A DNA stretch of 64,000 nucleotides, taken from the NCBI GenBank assembly GCA_001938485.1, contig MQRK01239066.1, positions 14,639-78,638 on the forward strand, read 5' to 3'. Numbering within the stretch: position 1 is the first letter of the stretch; every line of letters begins with the position of its first letter. This document shows positions 25,891 through 38,803 of this stretch, in pieces. Origin of the DNA: Girardia tigrina (Eukaryota). Both the position numbers and the translations under genes were made by a program. Under the pieces are notes generated by a model. It had not been told where the DNA came from. It was given only the letters and a program-made list of their open reading frames with translations, and made no database searches.

Positions 25891-26407
25891 ATTATTACTG
25901 TTTATAATTTTTGTATTACATATTTATTGAAGATATTTAATATTGATACTTCTTTACTTTTACAATTTTGGATATTAATAAAGGGATTGTAGTGTTTGAT
26001 CAACAACGATTCACAATACGACCTCTGAAAATATGTCTTAAGAATAGAAAACTTGTCTTTTGAAATTAATCAGCCTCGTTTTGATCATTAGTTTCTTGCA
26101 GCTCTTGTTTCCCGAAAATTGAAAAAAGGAACCCATACTAAATGAACTAGTTGTGGAGAATCGTGTAGTTTGTGACGAGAGCTCCAAGAGATGGCAATGA
26201 TATTGCAAATTCCCGTTTGCTTATTTCATGAAAATTAATTGTGATTGTTCTTTAGAACATGTACAGTATATAAAATACTTTTGAAATTCAGTAAAGAAAC
26301 TCAAAGATTGCAATTTCATTTAGTTTATATATAAGTATCTGATAATAAAATAATATATAATATTTTTGTCTGATAAGATTAAACGAAATAGTCAAACTTC
26401 CCTTCGA

Positions 26408-26438
<31 letters not shown>

Positions 26439-27559
26439 ATTAATTCTTCATTTTAAGAATCATGAAAGACTTATCTAGACAACTTGATCTTTAAATAAAA
26501 AGAAATGTGAATTTTTAGAAGAACAGTCTGTAGTAAAAATTGTCTTAAATGATGTATGATCAAGAGCAATAAATTAATAATTTATATCTACAGATGTTTC
26601 AAATTTTGGATTGATATTCTGTAACCGATTGGACACATCGCACTTGATATTGCTATTAGAACTCTGTTTAACTGTCATGTTATAAAATACGCGGAGACCC
26701 AGCGGTATTGACTAATTTTCTTAGAGACAATTAATGAAAACAAAAGTTATCCATATGAAATTAGTGGCGTTGGGACTTTGTCACATCTTTGACCTCATCT
26801 CACTAATTATATTATTAATCAGTGTTAATATATTAATTAAATTAAAAAAAATATTTAAAATTTATTTAATAATATCACTTAATTTTGATTAAGAATTGAG
26901 CTGTTTCTACTGGATTTTCTACAACTTGATTCAATCGAGTTGAAACACCTCAATTTTTCCATTCTTTTTATTAGCTCACTTTCTATATCCATGGAATATA
27001 GAAACATATTTTTGAAGATCTTTACTCAATCAATTTTCTTCTAACTTTGCACACTTTTTCATTCTTGATGACAATAAATGATTATGTAAAAATTTGATTG
27101 AAAAAAAATTTTTAAGATCCCAAAATAGGAAAAAACGGAAAATTTGAAGTTCCCGAACAATATTAATTGCAAGATATCTACTTATAAATTATAAGTAATT
27201 TATATTAATTTTTAATGTGTTTTTTTAATTTAAATTTTTTAAATTTAAAAAACTTTGTTGACAAAGTAGTTTGCATAAAGAATGAATATAAAAAATTTTA
27301 ATTTTTTAATTTACTATTTAATCATATATAAAATTGCAAATATCGAATTAAAGCCGATTATAATAAAGAATTTTAAATTTTGTGTAAAAACTTTGATAAT
27401 TATAATGAGATGATAATCACTGAGACATTGTTAATTGAGCATTCTAACTATGCTTAAATGTTCAAAATAAAAATGTTCATTGATATTTCATTCAAAACAG
27501 TTCAAATGCATTTCAATCATCGAATCATAATTCAAAATCTCGATCGGTCGATGATTTAA

Positions 27560-28400
27560 ACAAAAAATGACACGTGAACTCCGCTCTTCGATATCAATAT
27601 ACAGACAAACAAAACAAAACAGGTCGTTCAAAAAAAGTGAATATCGTTCAAAAGGATACTGACATTTCTTATTTACGTCTCAAATTAATACATTAATTGA
27701 AAATGATCCAAAACAGTTCAACACATAAAAAATAGAACCACAACCAATGTACACCAAATCAAAAAGACTCCAATCACAGAAAACAATCAATAATTCTCCA
27801 TGAATAGAAAATCAGTCTCAATTCAAGCATTTTAAAAATCCTCTGATGACATTACAATACCCCTCAAATTAATTGGGTCACCCATATTTTTTAGCACCGT
27901 TCATGGCAGGATAAATATTATTCAACGAAATTTATATCATCGATAGAGAATAACGAGAAGAATATTCTGTGAAAATTTCAATGAAAAGTCTTATTTACAA
28001 TGCTCCATCCCATAAAGCACACGTAACACGTGCTTTTTTGGAAGAAAATTGTATTGCGGTGTTAGACAACAAACCACCATAATCGCCTAACCTTAACGTT
28101 ATTGAGAGTTTGTGGGCAAATATTAAATCAAAGATTAGAAGATAGAATGTGGCGTCTAAAGAACNNNNNNNNNNNNNNNNNNNNNNNNNNNNNNNNNNNN
28201 NNNNNNNNNNNNNNNNNNNNNNNNNNNNNNNNNNNNNNNNNNNNNNNNNNNNNNNNNNNNNNNNNNNNNNNNNNNNNNNNNNNNNNNNNNNNNNNNNCCG
28301 TCATTACAATAGTAATTCTGTTCAGTACGAGAGGAACCACAGATTCGGATCACTGGTAAATGTGCTTGATCGAAAGGTCAGCGGCACGAAGCTACCATCC
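27560..28400 (+). mobile_element. Decayed Tc1-like remnant
   Basis: NAPSHKAH and PP*SPNLNVIESLW at ~27997-28120; KTGRSKK upstream. Confidence 0.65.
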
Positions 28401-28605
28401 GAGAGAAAAAATTAAAATTAGAAAACTGTATATTGCTTAATTATGATAGTTTTTTTTAATTCGGATTATCTTCCAATTTTTCATCTACTATTCAAAAAAC
28501 TAAATTAAAAAGCTCATTAATGAAAAATACTAGTAAAATTCATTCAAATAATCAAAATGAATCTAATCCTTTAAATGATTAATCAACTCATTCAACATTT
28601 TTAAG

Positions 28606-29412
28606 TCAAAAATTTGTCCAGAGTCTTAGTGGAATTCTTGGAAGTGGCTCATCGAATATAGATCGGAAGATATTCACATTTAGCAGTGGGACAATTTCAT
28701 TTAAATCCTACCAAAGAATTATTGAAAAGAAGCAGAACTTAGTTTATTTTTTAAAAACAAATTACGAAAATTATATTAAAATCACCAGCACTCACAACAC
28801 TCAAACAAAATCATAATTATAAACATATAATTGTATAATTTAATTTTTTATATAAATATATATATATATTTTTATAACACTTCCGATGAATCTGGAAGAC
28901 ACTTATTAAGCATGGAAGACTTAATAAATGGATTGAGTTGTAAATCATACACATATTGATTGCCTTGAAAGACTGTTGGATAAAATTCATTATATGTAAG
29001 TAAATGATTTATTTTATTATAAAAATTTAATTTATATTAAATTATTTTTTAAAAAATCATAGACTATTCTATAAGAATGTCAATAGAAATTCCTTTATCT
29101 TTTAAAACAATAGAAAATATCCAAAATAATTAGAAAAATGATTTCTTATCATACAACTAAATAAAAATATAATTTAAAAAATGTCAAGTTTATATTTTAG
29201 GTTTTAATAATAATAATAGTAATTATTATTATTATTATTATTATTATTGTTATTGTTGTTGTTTTTGTCTTGTTAGTGTTCAAGTTGCACCAGAAACTTA
29301 CAGGTGGTAGCTGGGTCATAGTGTTCGAGGTGCTGGACCCATTTACTTTTGAATGATTTCTTTTTGGTTCGTTGATATTTTTTTGCGTTTTTTTAACAAA
29401 GTTTCAATTGCA
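28606..29412 (-). other. Candidate spliced gene/pseudogene 3' exons (29412-29312, 28972-28881, 28707-28606)
   Basis: Phase-compatible GT-AG joins give ...KWVQHLEHYDPATT|FFQGNQYVYDLQLNPFIKSSMLNKCLPDSSE|DLNEIVPLLNVNIFRSIFDEPLPRIPLRLWTNF*. The first exon needs a frameshift in an A7 run. Confidence 0.35.
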
Positions 29413-30031
29413 CTAAAAATTACTTAATTTAAAATTCTCTCACAATCAAAATTTGTTAAATTCGCTTTGAAAAAGTTCTTCAAATTTTGAGATTGTTATC
29501 AAATTTTCAAAAGCTTCAGCAATAATTCAGATCCTTAAAAAGCATAAACAATTCAACTATCAAAACCTATCCCAATCCAAATAGAAAAAAACTGTCTTTG
29601 GGCAGAAGAGGAGACATTTAGAATATTAATAAAATAACAACAATTATAAATTTAAATTTAACTTGAAATTTCGAAACAATTAACAATATTAATATGAGTT
29701 AGTTAATCTTCTTTTCGCTGATAAAATTGTAAAAATTTAAACAACGATTAAAATTAAAAGCATTATTTAAAAATTTTTTAACAATATTTAAATTAAATTT
29801 TTAAATCAAGTTTCATATTATAATTGAAATAAATTATAATTTGAAACTATTCGTATTAATGTTATTCTTTAAACATTTTTTTGAAAATAAGATAGTAAAA
29901 GTAAGTTGAGGAAAATGTGAAACTGCTTTTTATGACAAATGTCAGCACATCTAGCCTATATTCTAAATGCTACAAAAAATTCAGTTGGAAATTTCTGTGT
30001 GATAGTAGATATAAACTTTGAGATGATGGGT

Positions 30032-30322
30032 ATTACTCAGGGTAATTAGCTCATAGAATTTTTCAGGAGTTGAGTCGGTTGTATCATTGTGTAGGCAAAC
30101 TCGCCCAAAATAGCATGCCTTTTACGGAGGTGGATTGCGAGGCCTTGCCATCCATACTATGTTGATAAGCATCCCAACAAGGCAAACTTCGGACACTTTG
30201 GTCTAGAGAAGAGAGCTCTAGTTTTTCAAGGACACCACGTGGAGGTATGTCCGACTGGCTTAACACAGGTTACCAATGTAACAGGTCCCTGAGACCCTTA
30301 GTAAAAGATTGACATTTACAAA
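30032..30322 (+). repeat. Dispersed ~290-bp GC-rich repeat, copy 1
   Basis: Highly similar to 34125-34414. Confidence 0.9.
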
Positions 30323-30605
30323 TTATCAAGTTAAAGACTGGTTAATTTAATGTGGCCTTCTTACCCTGAAAGAATTGAGAGTATCTCGGAACTACATTGA
30401 TCATTGTTTCAGACAATATCATTTTACCCTTAAAGAGACCACAATAGTTCCTGTTCCATGAAAAATGTTAGTACTATTCAAAAAATTGAGAGTATTTGCA
30501 GTAACTTTTAGAGATGGCAAACTGATTAGATTGCAGTGTCTACATGGCCCAAAAAAGGTATTTAATGCATTTGATTGTTATTTCTATTGTAGCGACCTAC
30601 AGTTA

Positions 30606-30651
<46 letters not shown>

Positions 30652-31979
30652 TGACTGTAGGTCACTTAAATGCAAATTAATTTGTGATTTTTCTGTTGGT
30701 TTAATATTTTTTAATATAGTTTGGCTAAATTGAAATTTATTTTTTATATTTATTTATTTTTCATTTCAAAATTACAATTACATATTTGGAAAATTGATTG
30801 CTGAGATTAGAAAATAAATTGGAAATTCGTACATTTAATATATACAGAAAAAAATATTTAAGAAGAAATTTTTATTATTCACTAAACTATTTGAATAATA
30901 TAATTTAATTGAAAAAATGGCAAAATGAAAACAAAAAGTAAATTATTAATAAAAATAAATATAGTGGATTTTAATTAGTTATTACATTTTTGAAGGAGGA
31001 AATAATAAAAAAATGAAGAAAATTATTTTCTTACTTTTAAATTTTGTAATTTTCAGAAAATTATAAAGACTTCATTTTAATATATTTGTAATAATTTAAT
31101 TTATTTGTTTTAGTCTTCAAAACATGATAAATTTTTTTTTAATAAAAACAAATAATTAATGACTAAATGAAATATTAAAATTAATTATTTTGACAAAAAT
31201 CTGTTAAGAAAAAAGTAATCAAATTCACCTCAATTATTATTATGTTTTCTTAATTTTATTTTATAATAGAATTAATTTTTTTAATAAAAATATTTTACTT
31301 TTATTATATTTTTTTCTGAAAAAAATAAAATAATTGTATTAAATTTACTTTTAATAATTATTTAAAATTATTTATAATTTAATTTTAATTATTATAATTA
31401 TAATTTTCGAATATTTAAATAATATAAAATACGTTTGAATTTCACATTTAGAGCAAAATAATAATATATGAAATTTGTTTAAAAAATATTTTTTTTATAT
31501 TTATAAAATGTATAAAAAATCTTGTATTCATCAAAATTTTTTTCAATAGTAAACTGAAGGTAAACAAACGAAAATGTACAGAAAATATAAAGAATAAAAA
31601 ATGTAAGATAAATCAAAACTAGATATAAATATATAATTGAATTTTGTATAAAAAATAATCAATTAATCAATTAAAGAAATTTTTTTAATATATTTTTGAG
31701 AAATTATAATATATTTAATGACCAAAAATTCATATTTTAAAACTAATAAATGCAAAACAATGGCAAATTTATTTTATATTAATGGTTATATGATATTTAT
31801 TATTTTTTCTCATTTTTTATCCTTTATATTCATATAAATTAAAATAAAATATTTAATTGTGAAAATTCACTCTCGTTGATTTTCTATAAAGAGAAATTTT
31901 TAAAACTTTATTTAATAAATTATAGGTAAATATAATCATAATTTATTTATATTACCTTTAAAGAAATAAAAATAAAATA

Positions 31980-32863
31980 TTAGGGTGAACCAAAAGTCTT
32001 TTCGTAATTTTTACGTCATTTTGTTCAATTGTTTCTTATTACCAAATAAAGATATTTTAGATACATGTGTTGTATGTTTTTAAAGCTCTTGAACTGCGCT
32101 ATCACAATATATATTAAAACGTCTTTTTTATAAAAATCATGGAAAAGTTTAAAATTCGTGTTCTTTTAAGCCATTACTGGAAACAGGGCTTAAACGCAAC
32201 TGCAGCAACAAAGAAGATACGCGAAGTTGAAGGCGATAATGTGATCTCAAATCGTACTGCACAAAAATTGGTTCAAAAGATTCAACGAAGGCGACATTGA
32301 CCTCGGAGACAATGCACGTTCAGGCCGAGCTATCGATGGAATTTCGAAGGCGTGATTCACTTCGAGCTGATTCCAAATGGTCGTACCATCGACGCTGACC
32401 TTTACTGCGCCAAACTTGATTGAATGTATGCGGCACTTGGCGAGAAATACCCCGCTTTGATCAATCGAAAGCGAGTTCTTCTACAACAGGACAATACAAA
32501 ACCGCACACCGCCAAACAAACAAAGGAAAAAATCAAAAATCTCAACGCCTTTGAATTTCTTCCACACCCAGCGTATAGTCCGGATCTTGCGCCATCCGAC
32601 TATCACTTTTTTCCGCTCTATGGCACACTTTCTTCGTGGTCGCAGCTTCAATAATCTGGCCAAGGTCGAAAACTGGTGTCACCAGTTCTTCGCTTCTAAG
32701 AACAAGGATTGGTACCGCAGCGGGATCGCACAACTTGGCCATAGATGGGTTCAAGCTATAGATTCAAATGGCCTTTACTTTGAAACTTAAATTTTTTTAT
32801 TTGTTGTAAAATTATGTTTAAATTTTTAATAAAAAATACGAAAAGACTTTTGGTTCACCCTAA
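31980..32863 (+). mobile_element. Internally deleted mariner (884 bp)
   Basis: TA|TTAGGGTGAACCAAAAGTCTTTTCGTA TIRs at both ends. The HTH N-terminus is fused directly to the C-terminal catalytic part (QDNTKPH, YSPDLAPSD). Confidence 0.93.
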
Positions 32864-33029
32864 TAATAATTATAAGTACAGTACCCTGAAGAAAATGTTG
32901 TATAGATGAACTGAGTTAATTCGTTTGTTTATATAATCGAAGATATCGCGAAAAATTGATTTTTATAAAATAAGTTTCTGTTGTTACAAGATATCCGGGC
33001 ATGTCGAACGTCAAATTAATTTTAGAATG

Positions 33030-34080
33030 TTTGGAGAAATTTTATTAAAACTATGGAAATGGAAATTTTCGATGTTGACTCAGCAGGTAAAGATGCAGCT
33101 ATGATGTTTCCATTTGTGTTAACTTGGTCCACGCCCACTTTTTACACGAATATATTGGAAAAACAACAGATCGACATCTTTTAAATTGTAGACAACCTTT
33201 ATGGTGTGAAGAAACGAGATGCTTTTCATAAATTGAAGGAGACTAAAGCATCAAATTTTGACGCAATTAACAAAGTCTCCTGACTAGAGAAGAAAATTGA
33301 GAACTCGGAGAACGCCGCATCTTTAGCCGGTCTACCAGAAGAAATTCATTAATTATGAAAATTATGAAAATTTTGTGGAATGATTTATAGCATTACTAGT
33401 ACCTAAAAATAGCAGAAATTCGATTAGCAAGATGTTCAAAGAGCGAAGGATGGTCGCTTTAAGGATTCTCACAATCTAAATAATATTAAGTGTTGTAGAT
33501 GCGGTTAAAAGTGACACGTTGCTAGGTTATGTCGGTCGGAAAATGCTCGGAAGGAGTCATCAGATCTAGCGGTTTCTCAGAGGAAATAAAGGCGAATCCT
33601 GTGATTCAGTGTGTGGTTAGTAGGACAGTGGACTAGTCGATAAAGGGTGCTCTCAATCCGTTGTTAAAACGAAAAGATAGAGAGTATTGGGATTTTCAGT
33701 GAGTATGGGTTAAACAAAGACTCAATACAAATTGCACTTAACAATGACTAAATGGAATTGTTGTAAAAAAGCTTTCTTATTGAAAATACTTTGTGGAGTG
33801 CGGAGATTGAAGTTTTGCCAAGCATATTAGCAACTGACCGAGAAGAATTAAACTAGATCATCAGATGCATAGATCTATTCAAGTCCAGAAACTGAAGAAT
33901 CAACAAATTTTAAGAAGACGCGCGTTAAAAAGGCCAATTAATGAAAAAGGCTGCTCTTATTTATGAGTGGACTTTACATGAAAAACTAAAAGCACCCCAG
34001 TGAGGAGGTAGAATCCATACTAACTTTAAGAATGTCATCAAATATATGAAGTCAATTTCCAGCTCATCTCTACCCTTGGT
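33030..34080 (+). mobile_element. Possible decayed retroelement (gag-like) sequence
   Basis: Purine-rich, raised-GC, coding-like stretch with many stops. No decisive motif. Confidence 0.25.
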
Positions 34081-34124
34081 AGGCCCCCTCACCCCGGTGG
34101 CTACACATGATTGTTCATGCGCAC

Positions 34125-34414
34125 TTACTCAGGGCTATTAGCTCATAGAACTTTTCAGGAGTTGAGTCGGTTGTATCATTGTGTAGGCAAACTCGCCCAA
34201 AATAGCATTCCTTTAACGGAGGTGGATTGCGAGGCCTTGCTATCTATACTATGTTGGTAATCATCCCAACAAGGCAAGCTTCGGACACTTTGACCTAGAG
34301 AAGAGAGCTCTAGTTTTCCAAGGACATCACGTGGAGGTATGTCCGACTGGCTTAACACAGGTTACCAATGTAACAGGTCCCTGAGACCCTTAGTAAAAGA
34401 TTGAAATTTACAAA
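34125..34414 (+). repeat. Dispersed ~290-bp GC-rich repeat, copy 2
   Basis: Highly similar to 30032-30322. Confidence 0.9.
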
Positions 34415-34980
34415 GTGTTTATTCACTCGCGTCTAATATTCTCATTTCAAAACTGCAACATACTGAACAGAGAATTATCAGCTTACGGACACCCGGAAAG
34501 AAAAAATAAAACCTTTGACAGTGGATTAATCAACGAAATCCGAAAAATTATCAAACAAATTTATGAAATTCAACCAAATGATTACATCTACACTGAAAAG
34601 GAATACGGATATCTCGGACTAATGGAAACCAGAGATTAGAAAGCCATGCAGTCGCTAATCCAAGCATTCAGGAATCTGATATGCGAAGATTAATCTCAAC
34701 AATGCACTCGAAAAGCAGAAAAAGAACAAAAAGAGAAAAACAACAAAGATCGAACAATTACACGCGTGCCCTATTCAACCGTGACGTTTCGAATTCTTCG
34801 CAAGGGCAATCATGCTTTATGTTTGAAACGAAGAAAAGCCGAAACCATCGAAATGGAGCAAATATGGGCCCAGCACTCTATTTCCAAATATTCTTTCCCG
34901 CGCCATTCTACCTTAGTCCGATTCTCAGGGCAATAATATTACCGGTAAACTCAATATTAGAAAGGATATTTGACTGAGAC
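34415..34980 (+). mobile_element. Non-LTR retrotransposon fragment (R2/NeSL/R4-like post-RT region)
   Basis: IRKIIKQIY...YIYTEKEYGYLGL resembles the Y.P...GGLG thumb motif. Confidence 0.5.
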
Positions 34981-35449
34981 ACTATATGACGCTGTAGTCA
35001 AAGTGATCTTCCCAAATGGTCGATTTTAACTTGTAAATGTTTATACTTTTTTATTGAAATAAAATTTTGTAAAAGACCAAGATTTTAGATGACTATGTTA
35101 CAAATATAGATTTTGTCGATGACGAATCTGTTCAGAATTTAAAAATGAATTAACGATCGCCGATCATTGATTGTTTAATTTGTTTGTATAAATAAGTGCA
35201 GATTTTGCGAAAAATTAATTCTTATGAAATAAATTTTTATTACAGATAAATTCCACCAACATTATGAAGGGATATTTTAATTTATTTCATTTTAATTTAT
35301 TTCAAAAAATAAAAGTTATCAATCTGATCAGGAGAATATTGGGAGATATAATCTCTCATGTCACCCAACAGACGTATTATATTATTGAAATTAATTTCTT
35401 TTTTACTTTTTTTCGTCTGTACCAGTAAAAATAATTCTATTAAATTCAT

Positions 35450-36750
35450 CAGTAGAACTTCGCTATAACGGACTCGCTTATACGGACCTTCGGTTAGTAC
35501 CGAGGAATATTTTAATCCGGCAAAACCATGCTACCTTCAATGTAATATTAGTCGTATATTACGGACTCTGTTATGTCGGACTTTTTGTTTTTGTGAGAAT
35601 TCACAGGGTCGTCTGTTTTTCCGACTTGATTGAGTTGATGGGGAAGGATTATATTGCAGATCGATACAAATTGTTTCGGATCTGTTACTATTAGTCGAAC
35701 TAATTAATTCACTGATGATTTCGATTACCGGAAAATTAGTTTTTCTTGTCACTCGTGCGAGATGTGGTACGATAATGCGATGAGATACGTTTAATAATTA
35801 TATTTAAAATTAAATTATTTGTGATCGATTTTATCGATCATTTTTAAATCATAATATTTCGCTGCGCTGACCTTTGAAGTTGTTTTTTAACCAGTCTTCA
35901 AAGTCATCTTCAAAAATTGTGGATGTCATCCAGGCTTTCTTGTTAAACGTAAAGGGCACTAGAAGTGTTTGGATATTCTTAAAGCATCTAGGACGCTCGT
36001 ATTTTCCAATCACCAACATCAACTTTTCGGAACCGTCTATATTTGCACACACAATAACAGTTATACGCTCTTTACTTTTCTTACCACCATGAAATGAACT
36101 ATTAACTATTAACATCCAAAAATTAACAACCTCAATACAGTCACCTCAACATTCATCCCATCAAATACAACACACTGTCTGCAGTCATATGACATGAGTA
36201 TAATCAAGAAAATCAAGGTCAAATATCGTCGACGTATTGCTAAGCATATCATCAACAGAATTGTAAGAAATCAATCTTGTCAGATTAATATTATTGATCC
36301 CATGAACATGCTTCGATCAGCTTGGAAAGATGTTACTCCAAAGACAATTGCGAATTGCTTTCATAATGTTGGTTTTGTGGTGCAAGGAGGCAACTACACT
36401 GACAACACATTATTATCAACTTTCTTTGATACGGACGATGAAGCCAATGATTATGACTTTCCAATGATGCGCCTCTGTACAGACAGTGTAAAATTTCATG
36501 AATTTGCTATGGTTAATGACAAATTTTATTTTTTCGATCTACAAAGAGAGAGTGATATTATGAGTGGTATTTTGACATTGTAAAATTCTAAAGCAATGGC
36601 CGAAAACGTTGAGGAGGAAGAGAAATCGCAGGATGATGAGCAAGGTGCTGTTTCGCTCAACTGTAAGTCAATTATGACCAACGTATAAAGATAAAAAAAC
36701 AATAAGAAAAAGATAGAAAATGTTTTTAAAAACCACATTTTTCCTAAGCC
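35450..36750. mobile_element. Rearranged Tigger/pogo element
   Basis: TIR-like CAGTAGAACTTCGCTATAACGGAC. HGGKKSKERIT...KAWMT is on the minus strand, while PSNTT...II...K..YR...AW..VT...IANCF is on the plus strand. Confidence 0.8.
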
Positions 36751-37153
36751 TTAACTATTAACTTAATTTTAATTAAACAAAACAACAAATCACATAATTA
36801 TTTCCTCTTCTATCTTTTTTGCCATATAATAATAAAACATCAGGAAATTGTTTAAAACAGGAAAAATTTTTTCATTACATTCCGAGCTGTTTTTATTATA
36901 GTTATATAAAGGAAGGCAAAGAGCGAATCGAAATGTGAAGAGAAAAATATCTTGTTCAGAAATATTTCCTAAATAAGAATGATTTCGTATAATAATTGGA
37001 AGGGGATGACGAAATTTTTTAACTGAATGTTTTCGATCTATGAATATGAGGACAGACTTTGATATAAGTATTGAGAAGTTATCTTTTCATTCCATATTAG
37101 TTACACGGTTTTTCTATAACAATAAATTTTTCTATTATTTCAAAGCACTAGTA

Positions 37154-38715
37154 CGTGAGGCGTTCAATAAGTAGTGAGACTCTTGCAGAAAGATACAAAT
37201 GAAATAACTCAAACTAAAAATATACATTTGCTAATTCACATAAGTAAATATTATATAAATTGGGGGCCAGGTCGTTTCTACAACGACGTTTCTCCTCCGA
37301 TCGTTTATCCTCCCGGCTTATATATAATTTAATTTAATAGCTCACAATTAAAATTTTGTATTTCTATATTCATATTGTTTTCATTTTAAATAAAGATGTT
37401 GTCATTGAATATTGATTTTATTAGATAAGTATTCTTCAATTAATGAATAAATAATTTGAATAGTTTCAAGTTTTATTAGTTAAAATAATATAAGTCAAGT
37501 GTTTTTAGTAACTTATTTATGAGGTGAAAAAATAAATAATACATGTACCGAGACTATAAACGTCGGAAGATTAGAAACGTTGGAGGAATCACGACGGAGG
37601 AGAAATGATACGTACCCTATAGCTTGTTATAGCTAGCTACTTTTTGTTTAAGTTGATTTAATGTATATTTTAAAATGTCTCTCGAAAGCGTGAAATATCA
37701 CAGTGGGAGTTGATTAGTTTTTAAGAAAGACAAGAGTAGGGAAGAAGTCAATGTAGAATTGATAATTGCTTATGATAATGATTGTCTTTTTAGGACAGCA
37801 ATTTATCGTTGTACAATTACTTTCATATTGGTAGAACTTCCGGTATTGATAAGGAAAAGCTCGGAAGGTATTGTTAAATTAATCAAACAATATCTGATGA
37901 ATATAGAAAAAGTTTTATTTTGCGAAAAAAAGGTTATAACTTCAGAATTAAAAATATGTCTTAATGTGTGTGGAGGAAATATTAGCACCTGGATCAGTGT
38001 AATTGGCATCATAAACTTATGCTCGCGCTTCATGTAACGATTTTTAACCACAGAGTTGCAGAGAGAACCTTTAGATTTTAGTCGATGGTGGAGATAGTAC
38101 CATGGATGAAACAGCGTTATACCTGTATGTAACAGAGTCTAAGTCGGAATCTTTATAGTGGAAATTCCGTACAGAAAGCAATTCTAAAATATGAAACCTT
38201 CATCGAATTACTGAAAATATCTTATGTTTCTTTTTAGATGAAAATGACATTATCCTGACAGATTTTACTGAAAATAATGTTAAAATCAACAGCTCACGTT
38301 ACTTCAATCTTGTAAAAAGAAATTAGAAAGCTCCGAAGAAAAAGTAGTATGGAAAATTTATTATTTATATGACAACGCCTCTATTCACACAGGTGGAGTT
38401 TTATTTAGGGTTGGGGAATAAAACTGCTTCCATGTCCTCCATACTTGTTTAATCATCTTAAATAAACCATGCTAGGTCAGAATGCCTCGAAAAAGTTTTA
38501 AATAATACAGTGACGCTATTGTTTCCTAAAAAGTCTCCAGTCATCTTCAAAATCGCTTTCAGAAGCCTAGTCACACTTTGGAAAAATTGTGCTGATAAAA
38601 ATGGAAATTATTAATAAATTAATATTTTGAGAAATAAACCCTGTGTGACTTCCTTCTTGCAAACACAAATAATATTTTGCTTCATTTCTTTCTCTAAGAG
38701 TCTCACTACTTTTTT
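37154..38715 (+). mobile_element. Old mariner with a nested MITE
   Basis: TA|CGTGAGGCGTTCAATAAGTAGTGAGACTCTT and a partial right TIR AAGAGTCTCACTACTT. Decayed motifs TMDET, YDNASIH and CPPY. Confidence 0.8.
37262..37617. mobile_element. MITE with repetitive inverted ends inside the mariner 5' region
   Basis: CGTTTCTCCTCCG repeats on the left, CGGAGGAGAAA repeats on the right, and an AT-rich core. Confidence 0.65.
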
Positions 38716-38803
38716 TATCATGTATCAGATAAGGATTTATTATAAATGATATAAAAATTATTCTTAAAAAAAGTTGGTATTTAAATATTATATCAGATTA
38801 ATA

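Larger units (their letters stand above)
25380..26100 (-). mobile_element. Older PLE 3' end interrupted by a younger PLE
   Basis: The minus strand at ~26070-25960 encodes ISKDKFSIL...RSYCESLLIKHYNPFINIQ, the same family as the 59.3-kb copy. Its hammerhead is at 25439-25479. Confidence 0.75.

Noticed and set aside
19330-29620. Alternative genetic code (TAA=Gln or TGA=Trp) that would open some frames
   Set aside because: Resident TE ORFs end in TAA, TAG or TGA and use standard Gln/Trp codons, so internal stops are better explained as decay.
30100-30165. HDV-like ribozyme on the minus strand of the 290-bp repeat
   Set aside because: Only a possible P2 pairing was found; P1, P3 and P1.1 could not be built.
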